The position numbers and the translations under genes are program-made. A DNA stretch of 64,000 nt from Geosiphon pyriformis uo1 (taxonomy: Eukaryota > Fungi > Glomeromycota). Location of the stretch: positions 280,947 to 344,946 of the forward strand of contig JAAOMT010000553.1 in assembly GCA_016748015.1 (NCBI GenBank). The letters run 5' to 3'. Within the stretch, counting starts at the first letter, position 1. The number at the start of each line of letters is the position of its first letter. The notes under the pieces were generated by a model that searched no databases, was not told the origin of the DNA, and saw nothing but the letters and a program-made list of their open reading frames with translations. This document shows positions 1-11,821 of this stretch, one piece after another.

Positions 1-2866
1 TTATGACTCTGTTGGTTGGGAACATCTGAGAAAAAGCTTAGTTAGAATAAAGATGTGTGACAAATTCATTCAGTTTTTTGGTAGCATCCACAATGATCAG
101 GTCAACAGAGTTATGACGGATTTTGGGTTGACCAATGGATATCAGGTACATGATGGCTTGGACCAAGGGGAGGTGTTTTCTTCTCTTTTCTGGTACATAT
201 TTTATGATCCTCTTTTGTGTGAAGTCAAGAGACAAGAAAGTGTATGTGGATACAGGTTAGACTCTCGATTTGTTGCCAACACTGGTCGCGTTGAATCTCA
301 GGCTGGTTTGACTTCTTTCTTCACAGCTGGTGCTTTCATCGATGATACAATTTGGATTGGTAGCAGCCAGGCTGCCACCCAACATATTCTCAATGTTGCT
401 AGTGATTTCTTTCGAGTCAATGACATCTCGATCAATAATGACAAGATGGTGGCCATTCCCATTAATTGCAGAGTTTCCGATCCTCATTTGTTGATCAGTG
501 GTTTGCCTATTTTGATAGCCAAAAGGGGAGAGTCTCATCAATATCTGGGTATCTTTCTGTCTACTGAAGGTTTGTCGAAGCCTAGCTTGACTAAGGCACG
601 CTTGGATGTCCGGTTTTTCACCAATGTTGTTCTGAGAAAAGCTATCTCTGATAAACAGTTCTTGTATTTGGTCTCAGCAGTTCTTCACCTCATCATTGCC
701 TACAGGACTCAGTTTAGTTTTGTTTCTATTAGTGTGTGTGCGAAATGGGACACTATAATTCATAAAGTTTTGAAGTCCAAATCTGGCCTGCCGCTCGACT
801 TTCCCAATGATGCTGTTCATCATCCTTCTTTGTATGGGTTGAAATCTTTTGAACAGGTCCAAACAGAGAGCAAGTCAGCTGTTGTTGTTTGCTTCGCTAA
901 TTCTGTAGGTATCTTGGGCCACTTGTTTGTGCATAGGTCTCATGACTTACAAGTTCTCAGCTGGTGCCCTCGCCACCCCCTGCTTTTCTCTTCTTGTATT
1001 AGTGTCAGTCCTTTGAATAATTTTTTGGCTGGTGTCATCCGGATTTTTTTGGGTTTTAACCTTTCTCTGGGTGGTCTCATGACCAAAGCTTTTTGTTTTC
1101 AAAAAGAGACCCCAATGTCTATTGTTCTTGGCAAGCCAGCTTTTTATAAATGTGTCTCTTTGCTTCAGTGATATGGAATTGCCTTCGTTGAGCAGTTTCA
1201 CAATCGAACTGGTTCTGTTTTCAAATGGAGGACTTTCAAGTGGTAGAAGAGACTGGACCCTCAGGGCCCAGTTTCTGATTGGTTCAATGTTGCTGTTTGC
1301 TTTTTGTCTAGTTCCAGGTCTTTTCCCGTTTGCTTTCTTTTGTCACTAAATGTTGCCTTGTCTGACGTCCTTAAGTCTTGTGAGTTTGATGTTGTCTATA
1401 ATCGTTTGTTGGAGGTTGATTCCAATCATCTTTCTTTGTTTACGGATGGTTTTCTGTGTGGGCTGGGTACTTTTGGTATAAAGGCTGGCGCCACTGCTTT
1501 TTTTGGGAACATTGATTTGGGTTTGGGTGTGAAAGTTTCTGGTTTGGTTTCTTCTACCATGGCGGAGTTACAGGCCATTGCTTTGGCTCTCAAGTGTGTT
1601 CCTCCTTTTTGTTCAGTCAATCTGTTTTTGGACAGCCAGACCGCTTTGGATGCTTGCAAGTCAGAGTTAATATTGGGTTGTTCAGATTTCAGAAATTGGT
1701 GTTGGGTTGAACGCCGCCATATTTCTAATGTCATTTGTCGCAAGAATTTGGATGTTAATTGGATTAAAGTTAGAGGTCACTCTGGGGTCTTGGGCAATGA
1801 GCGTGCTGACACTTTGGCTAGGGCTGCTGCATCTTCTGGTGTGCATCTTTCTTACAGGATTGATGAACATTTTCTCAGGGCTGGTGGTGCTGTGGTTTCT
1901 GGTAATTCTAGACATTTTGTTCGTGGTGTTTTCAACTCTATTCACCATGCACATTGGGAGGTTGGTTCTGGTTTTCAGGTTTTGGTGGACTGTCTGCGTA
2001 CTGATGTTGATTGGTTCAGATCATGTTTGGTGTGGCATCTGAACTCTCATTTGGCTGCTGGTTTCACTAGTACTTGTACTGCTAATTCTTGGACATATTT
2101 TGTAAAGGCGTTGCATCATTGTCTTCCTGTTGCTGTGCGTAAGCGACTGTACAGTAAGGGGTACCCCAGTGTGATGTGTTTGTTCTGCGGTAATGTTGAG
2201 ATTTCAGATCATGTTTTTTCTTGCCCTTTCAATGCTGGTGATCATGCTTAGTTGATGAACACTCATGCATCTGTTTGGAAAATGCGCTCGGGTTTGTCTT
2301 GCTCAACTTCATGTGTTTCACAGTCACTTTCTGATTGCGCTTTCAATGCTGTTGTTAGTACAGCTATATGTAAGAGCTTTGTTTTCAATGAGTGGTATCA
2401 TGAATCTCTTTTTGTTTTCAAAGACTCTAAAACAGCGGCTCAAAATATTGTGGCATTTGTTCGCAAATTCTGTCTTGCATTCTGAGATGATATTTGGCTG
2501 GTGCATATGAAACACAGAGCTGTTATGGAGAAAGATGGCTTGATCCCATGTGACGGCTCTATTCCTATCTCAGTTTCTGGTTTTCTTTCGGTGCTCTCGT
2601 CCAGTATGGTTAAATTGTTGGGTATTGCTGATGCACTTGGTATTAGTTTTGGGTTTTATAAATCTAGTTTATTCTTTTCAGGTGTAGGTAACTTGGTCTC
2701 GGTGCGTATAGGTGCCTAGTGTTGTCCTGACTAGTCTGAATGGCTGGTCACATGTAGAAAAAGCATGATTCATGTCTAGTTTAGATCACTTGTATGATGT
2801 ATTGTATTAGGTAGTGTTTGGACCTCATTCGTTAAAAAATAAAAAATAAAAATAAAAATAAAAAAT
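1..2866 (+). mobile_element. Non-LTR retrotransposon (LINE), 3' portion: decayed ORF2 (RT + RNase H), 3' UTR and A-rich tail; 5' part lies outside the window
   Basis: One reading frame runs from pos 2 (YDSVGWEHL, the KAYDSV-type RT motif) to TAG 2719. It contains GLDQGEVFSSL and FIDD (RT motifs), then LFTDG...ELQAI...LDSQ...WIKVRGHSGVLGNERAD (RNase H) and CLFC...HVFSC (zinc finger). 3' UTR 2720-2833 is followed by an (A4-6T)n tail at 2834-2866. Confidence 0.93.
2..2719 (+). pseudogene. LINE ORF2 reverse transcriptase/RNase H pseudogene with in-frame stops
   Basis: ORFs 53-1171, 1304-2251, 2252-2485 and 2501-2719 are all in the same frame. They are interrupted only by stops: TGA 1169-71, TAG 1244-46, TAG 2249-51, TGA 2483-85. 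Confidence 0.9.
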
Positions 2867-3369
2867 CAATATGGCAATAATAATTTACTTTATTTACTTT
2901 TAGATAGTTATAACAATTATCATAACAATATTAATTAAATTTCTAAACAATTATTTAATATTTGTTATTAAAACTAAGTAAAATACATTATTTTACAACA
3001 ATTAACATTTTATAATCTTTAAAATTGTATTAATAAAATAATAAATTTATGAATAAAGCAAACAATTATAGATTAATATAAGTCTTATTATTATAATACT
3101 TAAATATAAAATAGAATTAATATTTTAAAATAATATTTGGGATATTTTTTATAATTAAAAATATTTTATAACATCTAAAAACCTATTTAATAATATTTAA
3201 GACACATTATATCTAATGTTATATAATTACAATATAATTATAGAGAATAAAAATTATCTATATTTTGCTATTATATTTGTAAAAATAGAGATTATAAAAA
3301 AAGATATATAGTAAAAGTAATTATAAAAAGATAATATTATATATAAATAGTTTTGATTTTTAAAAAAGT

Positions 3370-4910
3370 GTGATTATAAAAAAATAGTGACTATAGCCAA
3401 AAGAACTATAAAAAAAGTTTATTGTAATTATAAATAAAAATAATTTTTTTATTTAAAATTATTAAATTATTTAATTTTAAAGATTAAATTAATTAAATAA
3501 AAGTTAAATTTGCTTTTTTTTCTGTTTTTTATAATATTGTTTTTAATAATATTTAAAAAACCATTATTAATAATTAAAAATTCTCTAAATAAGTAAGTTT
3601 TGCTTTAATATTTAATATTTTTTAAAATTAAATTGGTTTTTATTAAAACTGTTTTTAATTTATTTTTAAAAATAATATAAAGTTGTTTTATATAAAATTT
3701 GTTTTTTAAGTTTTTTTAAATATTGTTTTTATTTATTTTTCTACTTTTAAAATTTTTAAGTTTTTGGTAATTTCTAAATTTACATTTTTTTATTGTTGTT
3801 ATTTTGCAAAATATGCTTAAAAATATTGCTATTATTAATATTAAGAATATTTTTAATATTTTTAATAAAGTTTTTTAGATTATATTAAAGATTATAAACA
3901 TTTAACAATATGTTATTGTATATTTTAATTTCTTAATACAATTATAATTGTTTTTATTTATTGGTAAATTTTAATAAAAAATAATATAAATTTTTTTTTT
4001 GTTAATTAAAAAGACTTAAATATTATTATTATAAAAATTTGCATTTTAAGAAAATATTATATTTGGTAAAAAACTTTTAATTATTAATATTGTTTTAAGT
4101 ATTAAAATTTAAATTATTTGGCTTTAGACTATAAAGTAAATTTTTTTTTCAAGTTTTTGTTTAAGTTTATAATTAATTTTAAAATTTTAAATCTTATTTA
4201 ATTAGTATTAAATATTATATTAAGATTTTTGTTTTACTAGTTTTTTCTGTTATTGTATTTTTGACTGTTTTTGTTATTATTAGTGTTATTAATTTTTTGG
4301 TTGTTTTTAAGTTAATTTTTTTAGAATTTAAGTTTTTAAACTGATTATAATAATTAAATAAATTGTTAAATTTATTAGTGCTTTAATGTTTTTAATTATA
4401 AAGTTAATTAGTGTTTTTTTTTGAATATTAAAATCAATAAAAAACTTTTTGTAATTGATAAAAATATTGGTGTTTTTGGAAAAATTGTTGAAGATTTAAA
4501 TAAAAAATTGTTAATCTTAAAATAAAATTTGATGTAAATGGTTTTTCTAATAATAATATAATTAATAATAATTTAAAATTGCTTATTAATGAAAATGTTT
4601 TTGCTAAAATAATAAAATTTAAAAGTTGTAATTTTTTAATGTTAAATTTAATGTAAATAAAACTGCTATATAAATGACTAGTTTGATTTTTAGTAGTAAT
4701 AGTTTAGTTGTAATTTTGTATAAGATGTCTGCTTTAAATAAATTTGCTTTTATGGATTCAATATAGTGTTGTTTTGATTGGTTTGAATAGCTGGTTATAT
4801 ATAAAAAGAGCATAAATTACATTTAATTTGGAACACTCTAATATTGTATTGTATTAGATAATAATTGAACTGTATTTGTTAAACAAAATAAATAAATAAA
4901 TAAAAAACAA
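3370..4910 (+). mobile_element. Heavily AT-mutated ORF1(Gag-like)-only retroelement remnant carrying the LINE-type 3' end; 5' boundary approximate
   Basis: 3790-4140 aligns by eye with the reverse complement of 27670-28120, including a zinc-knuckle remnant (C-F-K-Y-*-N-L-N-Y-L-A-L-D-Y-K at ~4091-4135). It ends ...LYKMSA (~4715-4733), like ORF 27088-27303 (...IGKMSA). 4785-4910 matches the LINE 3' UTR 2738-2866 with C>T/G>A changes and ends in an A-rich tail. Confidence 0.7.
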
Positions 4911-5464
4911 TAAATTAATTATTAATAAACAAATAATAAAGTTAATTTAAATTTAAAAAAACCAAATTAATATTAATTTTAATATTTGTAATAATTTATG
5001 AAATAATATAAAAATTAAAAAATTACACAAAAAATTTATTAAAGACCAAGAATTGTTAAAATATCAAAAATATTATTATATTCTAAGCATAATTTTTGTT
5101 TATGTAATAGTAGAAAAATGGTTAATATTTTAAAATCTTAAGGCTTAAAATTAATTAAAGCTTGAAAATTAATGAAAAATAAAATCGAATGGTTGAAAAA
5201 TAATAAAGTTTTTTCAGTAAACTAATTAAAATAATGCGATTCTATCCAATCAATTAGGACACATTGTAATTTGTCACATTATATATTATTTTTTAAGATA
5301 AAAGTAAATAATATCTAATTGAAACATTGAATTTTATTTTATCAAGTAATAGTATAATACTTAAGATTTATCAATTTTTTAAATTTTATTATTGAATATT
5401 AGTTTTAATATACATTCACTATTAGAATTATACTACAGCCTAAGAGAAAATAAGTTTGAATTTA

Positions 5465-6015
5465 AAAAATTAGAATGGTAAATTGTTAGCGAACTTATTG
5501 ATTGTAACAGTTCAACCTGACCAATTTGAAATTCAAACCATCCTTATTTGATATTCTCCAATTAATTGGTTTAAAAAAATTTTCTTTTAGAAAATTTCTT
5601 TTCTTGGGAATATCTCAATACCTCAATTGATCGGAAAGTTTTCGATTAAAGCATCCAAAATTATTTTACAAAGAAACTGTTTCCGTTTTACTATTAAGCA
5701 AACTAAAATAATTTTATAATTATGTTCACACAATTGATTAAATAAGTAATAGAGTTACGCTATTTTTCATGCTTCACACCGTTTTGTTCTTGTTTATGGT
5801 ATTATTATCATATAAAGAACTTGTTTGGCGTCTTTGTGTATTATAGCTACTTGTATTTGTTAATAGTGAAACTTTATTTAGTATGATTTGTAGCGAATAA
5901 TAGTTTGATAAATACATAGAGAAACAACATAAATACGAACTTTCCGAAAAAAATTTACCTTCTAAACGTACTCTTAAAAAAACTCCATTCGAATAATAGC
6001 GTATTCAATTTTATT
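5465..6015 (+). promoter_or_regulatory. Orphan copy of the TKL-kinase upstream region; no kinase ORF follows
   Basis: 5470-5620 resembles 34752-34908 and 5820-6015 resembles 30282-30484 and 35022-35153. It ends in the motif TTCGAATAATAGCGTATTCAATTTTATT, which lies 10-40 nt before the kinase ATG in other copies. Confidence 0.7.
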
Positions 6016-8570
6016 TTTATTAGTAAAATTTTAAACTTAGTAATAAGTCTTAAAACCACTTTTTTTTTAAAAAAAGCAATTTTACAATTAACATCTATGT
6101 AATTTAAATCTTAACGCTCATAATAGTGTCAAAATTTAAAAATTTTCTATTAAATATAAATCTTTTTTAAAAATTACAATAATAATAATTAGATTTAAGA
6201 AATTATAAACTTAAACAATAATTAATTAACTTGATATTAACATATATTATAAAAGATTTTAAAAAAAATCTAGATACTATTTTTTTTAATAAAATTAATC
6301 AATAAGCAAAAGCAGTCTTAAAAGCTTTAAAAAATTTGAAATACAATATAACATATTATTACAAATTAGCAGATTCAATTTAACCTTAAAAACTTTACCA
6401 AAATATTGAAAAAATTTTAATATTATTTATAAAATAAAAAACAAAATTTAGTAAGCTTAGTAACAATATTCAAAAAATTTTACACAAAAGAGTTTAATAT
6501 GTTTTTAGTAATCAACACAGTTTTAACTTTAACTATTTTGATTTTTGTAACAATACTTAAATAAAAATTTTTTAATAATTAATAATTGTTTTTTAAATAC
6601 TATCATAATTAATAATATATTTAAAAAACACCAAAAAAACAGTATTTTAGTTTTTATTTTATTAAACCAATTTTTGTAATTAAATAAAGTTGTGTGTTAA
6701 ATATAACTTATTTTTTTTAGAACCAGTAATAATTAATTAGAATTTAATATATCAAACAAATATAGTTATATGCTTATTCAAGCTAGTTTTGGCAAACATA
6801 TTATTACTGCTATTTTTTAAAACAAAAAAATTATTGTTTATAACCAAAATAAAATCAAGTATTATAATTAGTACAAATATAAAAAAATTAATAAAATTAC
6901 TAAAAGAAGCCAAAGTCTTATTAATTATACAAAAAACAAACTTTAAATTATAAATATTGTTTTATAAAAACACATTCTTTTTAGTATTTTAAAAATATTG
7001 GTTACATTTTTTTTGAAAATCAAGATGTTGTTTTTTTGCTTTTTGTTATAATTTTAATTAAATATTAAAAACAATAATTTTTTTTCTATTTTGTTTTTTT
7101 AATTATTATTTTGAAAATTTTTGTAAAAGTTTTAAGTTAAATAAAAAGATTTAGCATGTTTTTAATAAATATTATAATATTTGTAATTGTTTTTATAATA
7201 AATTTAAAATTATTTTGATTTTTAATAATATGATTTTAAATAATAAAATTAATTAAATGTAATATTATTTTTATTTAAAAATAAGTTAACATAAACTTTA
7301 TTTGTATTAATAAAAAAATATAATCTTCTAAAATTTGCAATAATATATCTTAAATAGTTATTTAATTGTAATTTTTATAACAATGTAATTTTTGAAACAA
7401 TTGTTGTTTATACATAAAATTGCAATAATTACATGTTATTAATTGTAATTTAAGATTTAAAATACAATAATTTCAAAATTTTTTATTTTAATTAATAAAT
7501 GGTTAAAATTAATAGATAATAACAAAAAATTGCAATCTTTTTCTTAATTTGCAACCAGTTGAAAATTTGAAATTTTATAAACAGATATTTATTTAATAAA
7601 AATTTTATTGACTTAGGTTTCTATAAAAATAAGATTTGTAATTTTCAACAATTTATTCTAAAAACAAAATAGGTTAAAATAAATTAGGTTTAATAATTAC
7701 AAGTAAAAAAGATTAATATACACACTAAATTAAACTTACATTAAAAATAAAGCAAAATTATGTATTTCTTAAATGACTTATCTATCACAAAATTCAATAA
7801 GCCAATTAATTCTAAAATATCTGATTCTTTTGAAATTCTAAATGAAGCTTTATTTATGCAAACTCGCTAAAATTTTATTCAAAAAATTTAACTTTTATGT
7901 AACAATATTATAAATGTCGTGAAACCCAAATTGACGACAATGAGGTGTATCATTCAATAAATTCAGTATTATATAGAAAAAATTTTTATCAATCCTCTCA
8001 GTCTGACAGGTTTTTACGGAGATTTTTTTACCAAAAACGATGACCCAACCCTTTGTTTGTTAGCTGACAATCCCCAGGAAAATTTGATCGCATTTAAATT
8101 CAACATTTTAATTTGTGACACTATTGTTATTTTCACGGTCATCCTTACAGATATAGATCTGAAAAAGCCAAGGGGAAAAAAAAATTCCAAATATATGTAA
8201 AATTTGCCCAGCCAATTAGTTCTAGGCCATTTACAAAAATGGCCTAGACCGTTGGTTTGTTAAAATTCAATCCTTAATAATACTGCGGCTCACTTTGAGA
8301 TATTAGTAGATAAAGTGGCTTTTTTTTCGAGTCACAAGTGGATTTTTTAATCCCTTTTTTCTGACTATCAGTCGTTGAAAAAACTTCAGAGCTTCTTAAC
8401 CAACAACAATCTTTTATAAAGTTCACCAAAATACTTGTAATTTTCATTCTTTTTTTTTTTTAAAGAAAAAACTGACGCCTAAGAACCCAAACTAATTTGA
8501 CTATAGATAATTTATTTTTCTATTATAAGTCTCTCAGACCACCTGCCCTCAAACCAAAAAGTGCCCAATA

Positions 8571-10382
8571 ATGGGTAAAAATAAAGGAAATAAAAAAAAT
8601 AAGCAGCAGCAACAGAATGGCGGTAAGAATAGTCGACGAAGAAATGCACATCCCGCTGTTCCTCGGAAAGAATATCAATTACGTGGTCGACGCACAAGAC
8701 GAAAGGACTGGACAGCCGACGATTATGAAAACAATAGGCAGCAATTAATACTACAACTAAAACAACACGGCCTATATTGCAAAGACATTGTAGGCGATGG
8801 TAATTGCCTGTTTCGCTCATTGTCTGATCAATATTATGGAAATCCGAAGCAACACCCTAAAATTCGACTTGAGGTATGTGAATATCTGGAAGCTCACCGA
8901 GATCATTTTCAATATTTTGTTGAGGATGACGTTCCTTTTGACGATCATATCGTGCTCATGAAGCAACAAGGAACATATGGGGGAAATATGGAGCTCGTCG
9001 GGTTTGCACAACTGCACCGTGTCGACATTAAAGTCTATCAGCCTGGGAGGGTATATGTAATAAAAGGTGAAGATATATTTAATGGAAGAGAGGAGATCAT
9101 TCCTGATTTTAACACAGAGAAGGAGACACTTCATATAGCATATCATAGCTGGGAGCATTATAGCTCTGTAAGAAACATTGGTGGTCCTCATGAAGGTGCC
9201 CCTAAAATTGAAGCAACACCTGCAAATATGGCGCCACCCATTAATTCACCACCAACACCTGATACTCCGTCGTCTCCTAACCCTAAAGAGGATGATGCTA
9301 ACAAATATGTTGAATATATCGAGCACGACGACATCAATGAGTATAAGACGTTCTCGCCAGACACAACGTACGAAATTCCGGTTATTTGCAATAAGGATCA
9401 CGTTGAAATCGAAAACCATTCAGAAATGGTGGAGCCAATTAATGGTCTCCAAGAAGAAATACAAAATATTGAAGCTCCAAATAAGGACGATCAAAAAGAA
9501 GAACAAGAGGAAGAAGAAGAAGAAGAAGAAGAAGAAGAAGCAGAAGAAGAAGAAAGCAAATATGATGTAAAAAGCCATTATAAAACTACGGCAAGTGATT
9601 TCGTTAACGCTCGTACTGTCGATTATCCATCCTCAAGTTCATCAACCCCAATCCCCGATGACGATGATACAATATCGGCCGTTTCCTCACATTCGCAAAC
9701 TTCATCAACAACAGTAGAAACAATTATTCAACAAGAAGAGGAAGAGGAAGTACAAATACAAGTGGAGCCTTCACCTCAATTGGAAATCGAATACTTCGAT
9801 GCAGCCACTGCCAATGATTCGTTTCTACCTCGAGAGCTCACCCCGGTGCCTGGTGTTAATAGTAAAAAAGCTAACCAAGTTTTGGAGAATGTTGATTTTC
9901 TCCAGCAACGACGTGTTCTCAATACCTTAAATATCTCAATCATAACACCTGGCTCGTCACCTCAACATTCCGCTTCCTCATCACCTATCGTGTCGCCTCA
10001 ACATTCTGCTTCCTCATCACCTATTATTTCTCGATTATCACCAACGAAACGACAACATTCAATAGATCTAACGGACGATAATCAAAAGGAATTTTTAATC
10101 GAGAAAAATACCAAACGAAACAAGCACAATTCAATATCATCTATTGGTAGTGATGCAATAATGTCGTCACAACTAACGCAGTCAATGTCTAAAAAACAGC
10201 GACGACAAGCCAAGAAAAAACAACGAAATAAAGAACAAGTTTACTCTGGAGACCCGCCTTCCAATCTAAACAATAAAAAGAATAAGAACAAGGGGATCGG
10301 AGGTAATGGTAAACGAAGGGAACGAGATACCGTGGCAATTAATGTCCAACCCGTTCCCCAAATGCAACAACTGTACATTTAA
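8571..10382 (+). CDS. OTU-domain deubiquitinase (OTUD3-like) with long acidic/Ser-rich disordered C-terminus; single exon, 603 aa
   Basis: Catalytic Cys loop IVGDGNCLFRSLSDQ, GTYGGNMEL, and His loop LHIAYHSWEHYSSVR. Confidence 0.93.
   Translation: MGKNKGNKKNKQQQQNGGKNSRRRNAHPAVPRKEYQLRGRRTRRKDWTADDYENNRQQLILQLKQHGLYCKDIVGDGNCLFRSLSDQYYGNPKQHPKIRLEVCEYLEAHRDHFQYFVEDDVPFDDHIVLMKQQGTYGGNMELVGFAQLHRVDIKVYQPGRVYVIKGEDIFNGREEIIPDFNTEKETLHIAYHSWEHYSSVRNIGGPHEGAPKIEATPANMAPPINSPPTPDTPSSPNPKEDDANKYVEYIEHDDINEYKTFSPDTTYEIPVICNKDHVEIENHSEMVEPINGLQEEIQNIEAPNKDDQKEEQEEEEEEEEEEEAEEEESKYDVKSHYKTTASDFVNARTVDYPSSSSSTPIPDDDDTISAVSSHSQTSSTTVETIIQQEEEEEVQIQVEPSPQLEIEYFDAATANDSFLPRELTPVPGVNSKKANQVLENVDFLQQRRVLNTLNISIITPGSSPQHSASSSPIVSPQHSASSSPIISRLSPTKRQHSIDLTDDNQKEFLIEKNTKRNKHNSISSIGSDAIMSSQLTQSMSKKQRRQAKKKQRNKEQVYSGDPPSNLNNKKNKNKGIGGNGKRRERDTVAINVQPVPQMQQLYI
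9496..9555 (+). repeat. (GAA)n microsatellite encoding poly-Glu in the OTU gene
   Basis: Run of gaa triplets; translates as EEQEEEEEEEEEEEAEEEE. Confidence 0.9.
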
Positions 10383-10937
10383 AAGAAAAATTATTATCAT
10401 CATTATTATTATTATTATTATTATATCATTTGCATTTGGGAGCATATTTTTGGAATTCATTTCTTGCTAGGATATTTAATAAAAATTACCAATTAGAGAA
10501 GATAAATAATAGTATTAACTTGTTAGAAAAAGTATAATATATATAATTTTCGCCCTGGGGGCTTCAACCAACTAAATTTTTAATTTTCTGTTCCTTTATC
10601 TACTAAGTTTATTGAAAGTGGTTGTCATTTGCTCATATTTACTCTTGAAGCATAATTTAGTTTCTTGACCGTCCTTGCCGATAGTTTTTTCACATTTCAA
10701 AAATAATTTAAATTTGCAGGTTTGTGAATGACGAAATAAAATTTAGCTCGATAGCGTCGGTGTAGCAAAAAATTTAATTTAAAAGGTATCAAAAGGTATC
10801 AGCTCAATTTCTTGATTGATAGATTTCAAGATTTCTTTTTATATAATCATATTTTGGGTTGAAAGAGTTCTCAAAATTACTAACAAAAATTCTATTTAAT
10901 TCTTTTCAAATAAGAATTAATCAAATATCAAGATATC

Positions 10938-11625
10938 TCACTCTTTAACCTCCAAGTCGCTAATGACTTCTACAGCTACTTGGAGATTCTTTTTTAACAT
11001 TTCATCAAATACATTTTGCAAAATCGGCATTTCTAATAATATCATAATTATTAGTAAGCCTTCACCAAAACGGAACTTAAAAATTGCTTTCTACCGGCCC
11101 GACCCTCAATCACCTTGATCTTTAATATCGAGACGGTTTAATGTGTGTAAAGCTACTTCTAGATCCCTGTTTAAGGTGTTGGATACTTTTTCTACAATTT
11201 GTGATCCTGAAAGACATCGGACTTGCGGATTACCCTCAACAGAAAATTAAAAATTAAAAAACAAAAACGCTCCCCATAATACCTTGGTCATTAACTTGCT
11301 CCGTCTTACTTATGTCTTTCTCGTTGCTTTTGCATTTATTTCTTGGATTGGCTTTTCCATATGTTTTTAAATGAGGAATCAAACCACCCATCATTGTATC
11401 TAGCTTTTCAAGCAGAGATTGATTTTTATGCTTAAGAGCCTTATTTGGTTTTTTTTTCCCATTTTTTGAAGGTTTGGAGTTCAAATTCGATTTCGAGATA
11501 ACGGGTGGAGTGGAAATAAAAGAGCATGAGCTAAGCTTTGTGCGTGGGATACCTGAGGAACGAGAGGTTCTGGAAGAGTTAGATACGCGGTTTGCACGTG
11601 TAGTTTTAATTTTCTGAGGAGGCAT
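10938..11625 (-). CDS. Probable small basic, Ser/Lys-rich protein of unknown function (likely 3 exons; splice sites uncertain)
   Basis: Starts MPPQKIKTTR at 11625, divergent from the permease ATG 197 bp away. Coding-like segments at ~11110-11235 (..LNRDLEVALHTLNRLDIKDQ) and ~10938-11032 (..MLKKNLQVAVEVISDLEVKE*). I could not fix a clean phase-consistent splice path. Confidence 0.5.
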
Positions 11626-11821
11626 TTGAAGTAACAAAAATCGTTCGTAAATTTTGTAGATCTAATCAAATTCCCTGACTCACAAGCCACTTTTGGTGAT
11701 TACTCAGGAACTGTAGCATTGGCTATTTTCTAAAAGGCTGAAGCTCTAAATTATAGAATTTAATTTATTCTTTGAGACGTTTCCCTGAACGCCTCAAAAT
11801 AACATATTATCATTTATCTCC

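Noticed and set aside
38-2515. Short overlapping or antisense ORFs across the LINE
   Set aside because: Shadow frames of the RT/RNase H ORF; no independent motifs.
6016-7790. Possible decayed LTR (Gypsy-like) element, with a TGTGATAG start on the minus strand at ~7789
   Set aside because: Too eroded; I found no second LTR, PBS or protein motif.
9957-10025. 36-nt tandem duplication (SPQHSASSSPI x2) in the OTU tail
   Set aside because: Ordinary slippage in a disordered region.
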